In this document: positions 48,672 through 59,062 of the stretch, piece after piece
Layout of the letters: the number at the start of each line of letters is the position of its first letter
Numbering within the stretch: the stretch's first letter is position 1
From: an uncultured Candidatus Bathyarchaeia archaeon
GTDB lineage: Archaea > Thermoproteota > Bathyarchaeia > 40CM-2-53-6 > DTDX01
DNA: 64,000 nt
Direction of reading: 5' to 3'
Assembly: GCA_964608455.1 (NCBI GenBank)
Contig: CAZSNM010000005.1
Coordinates: 4,069 to 68,068 of the forward strand
Notes under the pieces: model-generated
What the model saw: the letters and a program-made list of their open reading frames with translations, nothing else
Database searches by the model: none
What the model was told of the DNA's origin: nothing
Translations under genes and position numbers: made by a program

Positions 48672-48829
48672 TTAAAACTCACCATTGCAAAATTTTTATA
48701 AAGAATGAAGCTTATTAGGTTTATTAACAATAAATAAAATAACGATAAAAATTAATATTTGATTTGATAGGTCGCATAATTCATGTCTAAAAAAGGAATA
48801 TAAACCTAAATAAAAAATATGTTAATGAA

Positions 48830-49132
48830 ATGTTTAAAAAGTTTTATTCATTGTATAAAACTCTCTTTTTAGTAAGAGAGGTGAAAATTAAAAATTTGTT
48901 TGGAATAAATATGCTTAAAGAATCATTATTAAAATTTGTGAAGGCAAAGGTTTTTAGTTTAGCGCTTTATTTAATAGTAACATTTATCTCTTTATTGCTG
49001 ATTTTTTCATTAATATGGAATGAAGTAAAATTTGAAGTTAACACTGCAGAAATGAATGTTCTTCTTTTTATTTATAACCCGCTTATAATCAGTTTTATAA
49101 TTTTGTTAAGTTTAAAAATAAGCGAGATATAA
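48830..49132 (+). CDS. Hypothetical membrane protein (start uncertain)
   Basis: Two hydrophobic segments; GAGGTGA SD-like sequence inside the ORF suggests a later start. Confidence 0.45.
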   Translation: MFKKFYSLYKTLFLVREVKIKNLFGINMLKESLLKFVKAKVFSLALYLIVTFISLLLIFSLIWNEVKFEVNTAEMNVLLFIYNPLIISFIILLSLKISEI

Positions 49133-49205
49133 GATTTTTTCATTAAATAAAATTTGAGAATATATTAAAATTTGCCATTATCCTTGCTTACATTTACTTA
49201 TACTG

Positions 49206-50000
49206 CTAAAATATTTTAAGAAACATTTTAATCAATAAAGCTAACACGTCTCCAAAACTAAGATTAACTATAAAACTTAAAGCAATAAATACGATCATTG
49301 GTAATCCTGGTGTAACCCAAATCATTTTTGAAATATTATCTTTAGCAAAAGCATTTTTCAAGTTTTCAATAAGCTTTTCTCTATTTGATTCAACATCAAA
49401 AACTATTCTTAATTTTCTTAAAGCTTTATTATTAATCCATATGATTTCTTCCATAGGATATAGATGAATTGAATTTTCAACCTTAGAAAAATCCTCTTTA
49501 TAACCTAAAATTAAAACTAAAAGTTTTTTCCATTTAGGTTCATGAGTTAAACCATTAAATATTTTTTTATTTGATTTAAAATAAAGCAGGTTTCTTGCTA
49601 AAATATAAATTGGATAGCTACAAGAAAGTAGAAAAGCATTATAAAGTGTTGATAAAGGAAAAAATGGATGAAAAAATATTAAAATTGATTTTTTAGGATG
49701 TAAAGGCATAGCTAAAGATAAACAAACCATTGCTTTAAAATCTGCTCCACCAAAAAAACCTGCTTCAAATAAAAGAAAAGAAATAAAACTTGTTAAAAAT
49801 ATTGAAGTTATTGAAAGCCAAAAACCGTTTGGATAAAAAATAAACCTGAGTAAAAACAAAGTTAAGCTTGCTAAACCATAAAAAAGCCAAATAACATCTG
49901 AAACTTCTCTACGCTTTAAATCGCTTATGGAAGCTAAGCTTAAAGCAATGATAGAAGCTAAAATAGATAATAAACTTAAAATATTTAGAGGTAAACTCAA
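49206..50000 (-). CDS. Prepilin/preflagellin peptidase (A24, PibD/FlaK-like)
   Basis: ASISDLKRREV, FGGADFK, IWVTPGLP. Confidence 0.88.
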   Translation of the reverse strand: MSLPLNILSLLSILASIIALSLASISDLKRREVSDVIWLFYGLASLTLFLLRFIFYPNGFWLSITSIFLTSFISFLLFEAGFFGGADFKAMVCLSLAMPLHPKKSILIFFHPFFPLSTLYNAFLLSCSYPIYILARNLLYFKSNKKIFNGLTHEPKWKKLLVLILGYKEDFSKVENSIHLYPMEEIIWINNKALRKLRIVFDVESNREKLIENLKNAFAKDNISKMIWVTPGLPMIVFIALSFIVNLSFGDVLALLIKMFLKIF

Positions 50001-50110
50001 ATAAAACCCCCAGAATAATTTAATAATTTACTGTTAAACTTTTGCTTTCATTATTTTTAATATTTATAATTTATAAATGCCTTAAAATCTTAATAGATAG
50101 GGTGAATGCG

Positions 50111-53100
50111 ATGGAAAGGGGACGGTTAATAATCCTTTTAGTTTTTTTATTAACCGTCTCCTTTATGATTAAAGTAAATGAATATAAAGCCTTAGAGTTT
50201 TCTCCATCCAAAGGTTGGGGCATGTTTTTTAATACTACTGGAAATATTAAAATAAATATAACGGAACCTGGGGTAGCAGTTAAAATTGAGGTCCCAAGAG
50301 AGTTTCTTGAGGGTAAACTTGAAAATGACACTTCTTTTCTTTATTCAGACATAACTAGAGACTATTATTATTATATTGTTATTGATCAATCACGTCATTA
50401 TCCTTATGATGAAAATGCACCCTATATAATTGAGGTTTTAAATCCTCCAGTTTATATTCAACCTAATTGCATTAAAACTTTCTTTAATTTTACACCTCCA
50501 AAATATATTTTAATGAAAAATTTAAAAGCTCCAAGAATAGCTGGATTATATAACTTTTCAATTTATATAGCTAAAAAAGTTGATGTTAACGGTTTACCCA
50601 TTTATCCAGCTAAACCATCAAATATTGTAACGGTTCCGGTAAGTATGAGGGAGGATCCAAGCAGCATTAGCGGTTATATAGTAGATGAAATAACAGGAGT
50701 TCGAATTAAAGCTAAAGGTGTGGTTTATGCTATTGAAGTAAATACAGGAGTTATGGCAAGAGCTTATGTTAATGCTTCAACCGGATTTTTTAATTTAACA
50801 GGATTATATAAAGGAACTTATAGAATTGAAGCTTCCGCAGGTTACTTTCAAGAAACAGGTTATGCATATGCTTTAACAGAAGCGTCAGAACCAGTTATTA
50901 TTAATAATGTAGCTCAAAAAATAAATATTGGAAATTTAAGTTTGAAAAGAGGGAATATAATTTCGGGGGAAATCATTTATTTAGACACATTTAACTTAAT
51001 TGATGAAATTCAACCTCTTGAAAGCCCATATTTAAAAGCTTTAGGGTTTAAGGGTTTAAACTATACAGTCGAGGTTTACGATGAGCAAAATAGAATTGTT
51101 GCTTCAAACATTTATGAATCAAAAAATCTATCTCATGAACCATTTCGTTTAATAACTAGAAATGGAACAAAACATGTTGGTTATTCGTCTGTTGGAACAG
51201 AATATGCAGGTTTTGGTCCAGGGGTATACACTTTAAAAGTTTGGGTTTTCGGTTTTCTTCAACGTAACACTCTTTCAATCACTATTACAGGATATGGTAT
51301 AGAATTTTCAAACGTTAAAATTCAACTTATTTATGGTGGATTAATAAATGGAACGATAAGGCTTTTTAATAATCAAACAAGAAATTTGGAAAGTCCTAGA
51401 AAAGCTGAACAATTAACTTTTGGAACTTCTACAGGTACATATTATGGAGGAAACATTGTTATTAAAGCTTATAATGAAGTAGGAGAATTAAAAGGATTAA
51501 CTTTAATTAATGCAACTTATTCAAATGGAACGATAGCTTACGCCGATGAAGCAACAATTAAGTTTTATATTTTAGGTTTTAGCGAATTTTACAATAAGAC
51601 TTATTCTGGTACATGGAGAATAGGTTCTTACCCTGGACCAAGCCCATGGGATTCTGGATTACCTGAAGGCCGATATGAAGTTAAAGTTTGGATTAGAGGG
51701 TATATTCAATCAAATAAAGCTATAGTAAGCTTATCTACTGGAGGAAGAAGTAGTGTAACAGTTGATATGGTTCGTGGTGGAGCTTTTCAAGTAACAGTTA
51801 TTTCGATGCACAGCAGACCTGGAACAAGATATCCTCGAGCAGAAGCCCATTGGAGATTCTTAAATTTATGTCCACAACCTTACTTAAGAGTTTATTTTTA
51901 TAGGCTTGGGGTTGAGGAGGGATTTGGAGAGACCCAACTTAAATTAGGTTTTCCAGGAGTAACTGAAACAAGAGCTAAAATAAATTTTTCAGGAGATAAT
52001 CCATCTATAAAATCAATTATTTATAATGGAGTTATTCCTTCAGCTTTACGCGAAGGAGAATACCTTATAAAAGTATATACATATGGTTATATTCAAGCTA
52101 ATGATGTAATAGTTTACTTGTATTCAAGCCAGCTTCAATCAGCTACGGTAATTTTATTGATGGGTTCTGGAATAAATGGAACAGTAACCTTGATTGCTAA
52201 TGAAGTTTTTAGTGAATTAACAGAAAATGCATTCATAGAAGTTGATGCTTTGCTTAATGAAAATTTAAAAGGAGTAGATGTAGTTAATGTTTCTAAAGGA
52301 TCAAGTGTATTTACTTTTTCCATTTATGGTTTTTATGGAAAAGGACATTTCTTTTATGTGGCTCCTGATGGAACTAAATGGCCGGATTATGGTTTAGATG
52401 TTGGGAATTACACTGTTTATGTTCCTGAATTTGGGTTTGAATGGAAATATATGCAGAAGAAACTTGTTTATGCTAATATTCAAGATTTAGGCGTTACTGT
52501 TGGAATTCATTTTTCCCTATATAGACTTGGGAAAATTTATGGTATAATTAAAGGAGAAGCAAAAACACCATTCATTAACTATATTCCGCTTGTTTGGGCT
52601 TTAATAACAGCTGATAATATAGAAGCATATTCTTTTGATGGAGATTATGTTATTCATCTTCCGGAAGGAGAATATAATGTTGAATATTCATATCCAGGTT
52701 ATGAAGCTCAAACAATTCATATTTCTATTGGAGGAAGCTTTGCTATCAGCCAAGATATTATTTTAAGGCAAGCTACGCCTACACCTTCTTTCCCAACAGC
52801 TTCATTAACAATTTCCCTTAAAGATAATTCAAGTGGATTCTATATTCTTTCAGCAAATTTATTAAATGAAAGCTCTCTTGAAAATAATGCGGTTTTTCTA
52901 TGGTTTTCAAATTCAGGAAAATTTAATTCAACTATTGGAAAAACTGTTTTATGGATTCCCACAGATTATAGGGAAGAGCATGAAATTAAAGTTATAGCTA
53001 TTGTTGATGGTAAAGCCTTATCTTCAACTAGCATTAAATTATTAAATATAGAGACTCCAGAATTTCCAAATAATTCCTTAAATTTAATTTTTACACTAAT

Positions 53101-53155
53101 TATTTTAACTATTGCTTTTAAATTAGCATTAGGAAAAAAGAGTTTGGAAAAATAA
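50111..53155 (+). CDS. Large secreted beta-rich surface protein with carboxypeptidase-regulatory-like repeats and a PEF-CTERM-like tail
   Basis: Signal-like N-terminus from ATG 50111 (GGTGA SD); repeated G.Y...V...GY units; ETPEFP + TM + basic tail. Confidence 0.75.
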   Translation: MERGRLIILLVFLLTVSFMIKVNEYKALEFSPSKGWGMFFNTTGNIKINITEPGVAVKIEVPREFLEGKLENDTSFLYSDITRDYYYYIVIDQSRHYPYDENAPYIIEVLNPPVYIQPNCIKTFFNFTPPKYILMKNLKAPRIAGLYNFSIYIAKKVDVNGLPIYPAKPSNIVTVPVSMREDPSSISGYIVDEITGVRIKAKGVVYAIEVNTGVMARAYVNASTGFFNLTGLYKGTYRIEASAGYFQETGYAYALTEASEPVIINNVAQKINIGNLSLKRGNIISGEIIYLDTFNLIDEIQPLESPYLKALGFKGLNYTVEVYDEQNRIVASNIYESKNLSHEPFRLITRNGTKHVGYSSVGTEYAGFGPGVYTLKVWVFGFLQRNTLSITITGYGIEFSNVKIQLIYGGLINGTIRLFNNQTRNLESPRKAEQLTFGTSTGTYYGGNIVIKAYNEVGELKGLTLINATYSNGTIAYADEATIKFYILGFSEFYNKTYSGTWRIGSYPGPSPWDSGLPEGRYEVKVWIRGYIQSNKAIVSLSTGGRSSVTVDMVRGGAFQVTVISMHSRPGTRYPRAEAHWRFLNLCPQPYLRVYFYRLGVEEGFGETQLKLGFPGVTETRAKINFSGDNPSIKSIIYNGVIPSALREGEYLIKVYTYGYIQANDVIVYLYSSQLQSATVILLMGSGINGTVTLIANEVFSELTENAFIEVDALLNENLKGVDVVNVSKGSSVFTFSIYGFYGKGHFFYVAPDGTKWPDYGLDVGNYTVYVPEFGFEWKYMQKKLVYANIQDLGVTVGIHFSLYRLGKIYGIIKGEAKTPFINYIPLVWALITADNIEAYSFDGDYVIHLPEGEYNVEYSYPGYEAQTIHISIGGSFAISQDIILRQATPTPSFPTASLTISLKDNSSGFYILSANLLNESSLENNAVFLWFSNSGKFNSTIGKTVLWIPTDYREEHEIKVIAIVDGKALSSTSIKLLNIETPEFPNNSLNLIFTLIILTIAFKLALGKKSLEK

Positions 53156-53197
53156 TACTTCAAAAGTTTTTTATTTCTTAATTTTTATATTTTTATA

Positions 53198-53449
53198 ATG
53201 CTGAGGAGGATGAAGTTGGCGTTAGCGTTTGTTTTAATAAATGCTGAAATAGGTTCTGAAAGTGAACTTGTAGAGGAGCTTAGAAAAATGCCATATGTTA
53301 AAGAAGCTTATTTGGTCTATGGTGTTTATGATATAATAGCTAGAATTGAAGCTGAAAGTATGGATAAACTAAAAGAAATAGTTACATGGAAAATTAGAAA
53401 ACTAAATAAGGTTCGTTCAACTTTAACAATGATTGTTATGGAAAGTTAA
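53198..53449 (+). CDS. Stand-alone Lrp/AsnC ligand-binding domain protein
   Basis: AFVLIN, VYGVYDIIAR, STLTMIV. Confidence 0.88.
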   Translation: MLRRMKLALAFVLINAEIGSESELVEELRKMPYVKEAYLVYGVYDIIARIEAESMDKLKEIVTWKIRKLNKVRSTLTMIVMES

Positions 53450-53506
53450 TAAACCTCCCTTTTTATTTTTTAACTTTTTTATCTTAAGCAACTTTATTTT
53501 TTAAGG

Positions 53507-54853
53507 TTGAATTTAATGGAGCATACTTGTCATATTGGAATAGATGATACTGATTCCCCAAGAATGGGTTGTACAACTTATATAGCTGCTTTACTAGTTG
53601 AAAAACTTGAGAAAATTGGGTGTAAATTTATCGATTATCCTAATTTAATTAGGTTAAATCCTAATGTACCATGGAAAACAAGAGGTAATGGCGCTGTAGC
53701 TTTAAGATTTAAATTTTTAAACAATCAACTTGAATTTGAAGATATTAAATCCATAGTTTTAAGTGTTGTTAAGGAAAACTCCGATTTAAATTATCCTAAA
53801 ACAGATCCTGCCATAGCTTTTTTAAAAGGTGAAGTCCCGGAAAAACTTTTTTTATTTGCTAAAAAAGCTATTCAAAATGTTGTTTCAATTAAAGAAGCTG
53901 AGAAAATAGCTGAATTATACAATGTTGAAGTAAATTTAATTAAAGGAAAAAGAGGAATTGTTGGAGCTTTAGCTGCTTTAGGAGAAACACTTCAAAATGA
54001 TTACACATATGAATTAATAGCTTATCGAACCATTGAAAATAGAGGAACAAAAAGGAAAGTAAATGAGGAATCTGTAAAAAAAATGGATGAATTAACTAAA
54101 CCTTTAACCTTTAACAATTATGATTATGAAAAGGAAAGAGTGTTAATTACACCTAGAGGAAAAGATCCAATTTTATTTGGCATTAGAGGAGAGAATCCTT
54201 TTATTCTTCTTAAAGCTTTTAAAATAGTTGAAGTTTATGAAGAAATTGAAAGGTGGGTAATTTTTAGGACTAATCAAGGAACAGATGCGCATTTAAGAAA
54301 AGTAAATTTTATTAATGAAATTTCACCTTATCAACCTGTTGTTGTGGTTGGTGAAGTGGCATCTCAACCGAAAACCATTCCTGGAGGACATGTAATTTTT
54401 AAAATAAAGGATGAAAGTGGAGAAATTGAATGTGCTGCCTATGAACCAACAGGAAAATTTAGAAATATAATTAGAAAATTAATTCCTGGAGATTTAATTG
54501 AGGTTGCTGGTGGAGTTAGAGCTCCAACAAAAAAACATGGAAAAACAATTAATATAGAAAAAATAAAAATTCTAAAGCTAGCTGAAGAATACATTTATTT
54601 AAATCCTTTATGCGAAAAATGCGGGAAAAGAATGAAGTCTCTAGGTAAAAACCAAGGTTTTAAATGCGAAAAATGCGGATTTAAAACTTTTAAAAAAGAA
54701 AAAGTTAAGATTAAAGTTGAAAGAGAATTAAAGGAGGGTTTATATTTACCTCCGCTTAGAGCACAAAGACATTTAACTAAACCTGAAATAAGATATGGTC
54801 AAGAAAAACATGGAAAAAACTTTGAATTTATAGAGAAATGGCATAATCCATAA
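53507..54853 (+). CDS. tiaS: tRNA(Ile2) 2-agmatinylcytidine synthetase
   Basis: IGIDDTDS..GCTT, RLNPNVPWKTRGNG, TNQGTDAHL, OB fold, CxxC..CxxC, RHLTKP. Confidence 0.95.
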   Translation: MNLMEHTCHIGIDDTDSPRMGCTTYIAALLVEKLEKIGCKFIDYPNLIRLNPNVPWKTRGNGAVALRFKFLNNQLEFEDIKSIVLSVVKENSDLNYPKTDPAIAFLKGEVPEKLFLFAKKAIQNVVSIKEAEKIAELYNVEVNLIKGKRGIVGALAALGETLQNDYTYELIAYRTIENRGTKRKVNEESVKKMDELTKPLTFNNYDYEKERVLITPRGKDPILFGIRGENPFILLKAFKIVEVYEEIERWVIFRTNQGTDAHLRKVNFINEISPYQPVVVVGEVASQPKTIPGGHVIFKIKDESGEIECAAYEPTGKFRNIIRKLIPGDLIEVAGGVRAPTKKHGKTINIEKIKILKLAEEYIYLNPLCEKCGKRMKSLGKNQGFKCEKCGFKTFKKEKVKIKVERELKEGLYLPPLRAQRHLTKPEIRYGQEKHGKNFEFIEKWHNP

Positions 54854-54856
54854 AGC

Positions 54857-55510
54857 TCAAGATTTATGTTTTAAATTTAATGTTTTAATTAAAAATTTAA
54901 AAGCTTCATCTCCGGCTTCTCTATCTAAAACTAAAGATGTGCTAGGTTTAATTATTCCTATTCCGTCTAAATTTTTTAATTTTGCTAATCCAAGAAGAAC
55001 ACCGCTACTTCCAGGAAGCTCAGTAGCTTTTAAAAATTTCCCTCCAAAACCAGCTAATTTTTTAATTAGGCTTTTTGAAGTAGCCACAACATAAATATCT
55101 TTACCATAATTTGATAAAGCCGCAACGCCATCTATTACAATTAATTTTTTAACTTTAAGTTTTAAACCGAAATTTAAAATTTCATCTAATACTGTATAAT
55201 ATGCTTCAGGTTCATCAATAGCAATTCTTGAATTTTCAACAGCAATTATAAGATTTGGATGGCAAATATTACTTTCATAAAATTCCCATTTGGGTAAACT
55301 ACAAATACCATCATTTTGAATTAAAGCTTGATCAAGAAAATAGCAACTATAAAAACTTGAGAAAAGTTTGGCTTGACTCCATTCTATAAGTAATCGAGCT
55401 GAAACTTTACCGACACCACCAACTCCTGAAACTCCAATTATATAAATGGGATTTTTTAATTTAGGTAAATATTCCAAATGAAAAGAACCTGAAGAAAATT
55501 TATTAAACAT
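54857..55510 (-). CDS. PAC2-family (proteasome assembly chaperone-like) protein
   Basis: IGVSGVGGVGKVSARLL, GSSGVLLG. Confidence 0.7.
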   Translation of the reverse strand: MFNKFSSGSFHLEYLPKLKNPIYIIGVSGVGGVGKVSARLLIEWSQAKLFSSFYSCYFLDQALIQNDGICSLPKWEFYESNICHPNLIIAVENSRIAIDEPEAYYTVLDEILNFGLKLKVKKLIVIDGVAALSNYGKDIYVVATSKSLIKKLAGFGGKFLKATELPGSSGVLLGLAKLKNLDGIGIIKPSTSLVLDREAGDEAFKFLIKTLNLKHKS

Positions 55511-55607
55511 TTTTGTTCCTTTTTCAACATAAATAAAGCGTTGCAGATAAATATTTATATTTGAGAAGAAACTTCAAGTTTAAAATAGATAAAGACTGCC
55601 TAAGGGA

Positions 55608-55685
55608 AGCGGGGTGGGGTAGCCAGGTTAACCCGCAGGGCTCATAACCCTGAGATCGGACGTTCGAATCGTCCCCCCGCTACCA
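55608..55685 (+). tRNA. Initiator tRNA-Met (CAT), CCA encoded
   Basis: A1-U72 acceptor stem AGCGGGG/CCCCGCT; GGG-CTCATAA-CCC anticodon arm; TTCGAAT T-loop. Confidence 0.95.
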
Positions 55686-55811
55686 AATTTTTATAATTTT
55701 ATTAAAAACTGAATTTTCCACCAGTTTAAATTGACATTTTAATGTTAAAGATTACAAAAAATTTATATCAAGGCTTTTTCTTCTTTACTAATTTCAAACG
55801 TTCTCTTTATA

Positions 55812-57776
55812 ATGCAAGCCTTAATATTTGTAAGAAATTTTATGGTGAATTTAATGAATAAAAATAACAGTGAAGAATCTTTAAAGCGGGAAGTTGGTTG
55901 GTTTGGTTCTTTTTGCATGGGTTATGCAGATGTAGGAGCTGACATTTATGTTGCTATAGGATTGGTGGCTTATTATGCTGCTGGAGCAGCTCCTATAGCT
56001 TTTTTAATCGCTTCTATAACATATATTTGTACTGGATTAGCTTATGCTGAATTAGCTTCAATTTATCCTTATGCTGGTGGAGCACACATTTATGCTATGA
56101 AAGCTTTTAATGATCTTGTTGGTTTTATAGCTGGTTGGGCAGTAATGCTTGATTATACAGTTGATGTAACCTTGTTTTCTTTAGCTTCAGCAGGTTATTT
56201 AAGCTTCTTTTTTCCATGGTTAAAGAATTCTAATATTAATTTAAACATTTTTGGGAAATCATTTAATTTAAGCTATCTTAACTTAATAGCTTTAATGTTA
56301 ATTTTAATGCTTTTGCTGCTTAACATAATTGGAATAAGAGAATCTTCAATTTTTAATGAAGCTTTAGTTTCTTTAGATTTAATTGTTGAATCAATTATTT
56401 TAATTTTTGGTTTTGCTTTAGCATTTAATACTTATCTTTTCTTAAAGCAAATATTAATTTTTGGAGCTCCATCATCTTTACCAAATATTTCTTATATTAT
56501 TAAAGGGTTAAATGTTGAATCTCAAAATTTTATTTATGGTGTTACTTTAGCGATGACTTCATATATAGGGATAGAATCTATAGCTCAAGCTGCTGAAGAA
56601 ACTGTGAGACCTTATAAATGGATTCCTAGAGCCAATAAATTATCTATTTTATCCGTAATAATTTTTGCGGTCGGTTTATCAACGCTTAGTGTAGGTGTTA
56701 TGCCTTGGAATGTTTTAGGTGAGGCGAGAGAGGATCCTATGGCTGCTTTAGCTCATGCCATACCGATAATTGGAAAGTTTATATCTCCTATCGTGGCTTT
56801 AACAGGTTTCGCAATATGTCTTGTTTCAACAAATACAGGTGTGATAGGAGTTTCAAGAGTTACATTTTCTATGGGTAGATTTAATCTTATGCCTAAGTCT
56901 CTTTATAGGGTTCATCCAAAATTTAAAACACCATATTTAACAATAATTATTTTTGGATCAATTAGCGGATTAATGCTGTTTTTAGGAGATTTAAGAGTAA
57001 TTGCAGATCTTTATAATTTTGGAGCTTTACTTTCTTATATCATAGTTAATTTATGCTTAATTATTCTTAGAAATACTGAACAGGAAGTTTATAGGCCTTG
57101 GAAAATGCCAGGAGAATTCACTTTAAAAATTGGAAATAAAAAAATATTTATGCCTATACTTGGTTTAATAGGGTTTATATCATGCTTAATTGTTTGGAGT
57201 TTAGTTTTAATTTATCATAAGGAAGGTAGAATTTTAGGAGCAATTTGGCTTTTAATAGGTTTAACCATATTTTATTTTTATAGAAAAGCAATATTGAAAA
57301 TGCCGGTTTTATATAAGGAAACTGGAAAACTTATTAAACCGAGTGGATACATGATTAATGCATTGGTTCTTGTAAGAACACCTGAAGATTATGAGGATGT
57401 AGCTAAAGCTATAAATGAAGCTTTAGATAAAAGATTTAAACTTAATTTATTAACAATTCTTGATCCCGAATCTTTTGGTTTAAGCAAAGAGCATATAAAA
57501 GATTATGAAGAGCTTTTAGAGCTTAGAAGAGATGCTTGGATTGAACTTCAAAATTTAGCTAAAAAACTTTCAAACTTAGGTTTTGAATGCAAAGTTAAAG
57601 TTGAAGTGGGAAGCTTAAAGCCTTTATTAATGGAGGAGGCTGAAAAAAACGATTTAATAGTTTTAATAAAAAGAAAAACTGTTAGAGATGAATTAGAAAA
57701 GGAAAGGGTTGATTCTGCATATGCAATATTATCTAAATATTTTCCAGGAAAATTAATAGTGGTAAGAAGGGTTTAA
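55812..57776 (+). CDS. APC-family amino acid permease with C-terminal USP-like domain
   Basis: YAELAS.YP.AGG, SYIGIESIAQAAEE, HPKFKTP; soluble C-terminal domain. Confidence 0.85.
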   Translation: MQALIFVRNFMVNLMNKNNSEESLKREVGWFGSFCMGYADVGADIYVAIGLVAYYAAGAAPIAFLIASITYICTGLAYAELASIYPYAGGAHIYAMKAFNDLVGFIAGWAVMLDYTVDVTLFSLASAGYLSFFFPWLKNSNINLNIFGKSFNLSYLNLIALMLILMLLLLNIIGIRESSIFNEALVSLDLIVESIILIFGFALAFNTYLFLKQILIFGAPSSLPNISYIIKGLNVESQNFIYGVTLAMTSYIGIESIAQAAEETVRPYKWIPRANKLSILSVIIFAVGLSTLSVGVMPWNVLGEAREDPMAALAHAIPIIGKFISPIVALTGFAICLVSTNTGVIGVSRVTFSMGRFNLMPKSLYRVHPKFKTPYLTIIIFGSISGLMLFLGDLRVIADLYNFGALLSYIIVNLCLIILRNTEQEVYRPWKMPGEFTLKIGNKKIFMPILGLIGFISCLIVWSLVLIYHKEGRILGAIWLLIGLTIFYFYRKAILKMPVLYKETGKLIKPSGYMINALVLVRTPEDYEDVAKAINEALDKRFKLNLLTILDPESFGLSKEHIKDYEELLELRRDAWIELQNLAKKLSNLGFECKVKVEVGSLKPLLMEEAEKNDLIVLIKRKTVRDELEKERVDSAYAILSKYFPGKLIVVRRV

Positions 57777-57779
57777 AAA

Positions 57780-58040
57780 ATGCTTGTAATCTTAAATATA
57801 TTTGTTGAACAGAAAAAGGGCGATAAAGTGGTTAAGGAACTTTCTAAACTTCCAGAAATAAAAGATATTTATGAAGTTGTTGGAGAATGCGATTTAATAG
57901 CTTTAGCTTCAATTGAAAATGCAAATGATTTTAGAGAGTTTTTAAAAAACAAAGCTTTAAACATTAAAGGTGTAAAAAGCGCTGTAACAATGGTTGTTTC
58001 TCATATTTATAAAAAGGATGGGAAACCAACATATGAATAA
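57780..58040 (+). CDS. Stand-alone Lrp/AsnC ligand-binding domain protein
   Basis: IYEVVGECDLI, IKGVKSAVT. Confidence 0.85.
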   Translation: MLVILNIFVEQKKGDKVVKELSKLPEIKDIYEVVGECDLIALASIENANDFREFLKNKALNIKGVKSAVTMVVSHIYKKDGKPTYE

Positions 58041-58482
58041 TAATGAGGAATATCATGAAGCGTCAATATTAATTCCAATATCTACTTTTATAGATAAAGA
58101 AAGATTAATTAAAGCATTACATGTTCTTTCCATATTTCAAAAACTTAAAATAGTTTTATTTCATGTTGTAGAGCTTAAAAGTAGAACATCCCCTGTTGAA
58201 GCTGAATTTTTTAAAAGCCATGTAGATAAAACTAAAAGATTTCTTAATGAGATTAAAGAATGGTTAATAAAACAGGGATATAATGCTTTAGTTAAAGTTG
58301 TTGTTGCAAGAAGCATTTCTGAAGGAATAATTTATGAAGCTAACTCTGGAGATTACAATATTATAATTATGATGAAAAGAAAACCTAGAAAAGGTGTTAA
58401 AAAGCTTTTTCATAAAAGCATAAGTGAGGCTGTAATAAAGCATGCTAGAAAGCTAGTTTTGATTATTCCAACAGATTTTTAA
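58033..58482 (+). CDS. Universal stress protein
   Basis: ILIPI, LFHVV, GIIYEA, SISEAVIKHA..VLIIP; ATG 58033 likely start. Confidence 0.85.
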   Translation: MNNNEEYHEASILIPISTFIDKERLIKALHVLSIFQKLKIVLFHVVELKSRTSPVEAEFFKSHVDKTKRFLNEIKEWLIKQGYNALVKVVVARSISEGIIYEANSGDYNIIIMMKRKPRKGVKKLFHKSISEAVIKHARKLVLIIPTDF

Positions 58483-58583
58483 ATTTTTTAAATTAACCTA
58501 AATAACAACTATTTATTTATTTATATTGAAGAATTGCAATGTAAGTTTATAAAAAGGTTAAGGCATTAAGGAGCGCTTAAAAA

Positions 58584-58778
58584 ATGCCAGCAGAAATATT
58601 TAATCTTGAAGAATTTATTAAATTAAGCGAGTCTGCTTTAGAGTGCAGAGTAAAAAGAACAAAGGGAATTGTTAAACTCAAGTTAAGAACTAAAAGAAGG
58701 CTTTATACAATTAAACTAAAAGAGAATGAAGCTGAAGAAGCCTTAAAAAAAATTAAATGTCCAATTGTTGAAATTTAA
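58584..58778 (+). CDS. rpl38e: 50S ribosomal protein L38e
   Basis: MPAEIFNLEEFI...RVKR...VKLKLRTKRRLYT. Confidence 0.85.
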   Translation: MPAEIFNLEEFIKLSESALECRVKRTKGIVKLKLRTKRRLYTIKLKENEAEEALKKIKCPIVEI

Positions 58779-59062
58779 CCTCCATGCACAATTGGAATAA
58801 TTGTTATTTCGCTTTTATCTTTAACCAACGTATTTAATCCATTTAAAGCTGAAATTTCAATTCCATTAACGAATATTACGCAGCTTCCTGGAGACTCCAA
58901 AACGCTTTTAAATTCTTTTTTATTAATCAACTCTATAAGTTTCTTTAAAACTGTTTTTAACTCAATAATTTTGTTTTCAATATTGATTTCTATAGTTTTT
59001 CTTTCAGCAAACCTTTCCAAGCTTCCATAAAGTTTAACGGTAATAACCATAATTGTTTTCAC
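58775..59062 (-). CDS. MoaD/ThiS/SAMP ubiquitin-like protein
   Basis: VKLYGSL, FVNG, C-terminal IPIVHGG. Confidence 0.9.
   Translation of the reverse strand: MKTIMVITVKLYGSLERFAERKTIEINIENKIIELKTVLKKLIELINKKEFKSVLESPGSCVIFVNGIEISALNGLNTLVKDKSEITIIPIVHGG

Noticed and set aside
55608..55685. CAT tRNA near tiaS as tRNA-Ile2
   Set aside because: A1-U72 pair and three G-C pairs in the anticodon stem mark it as initiator tRNA-Met
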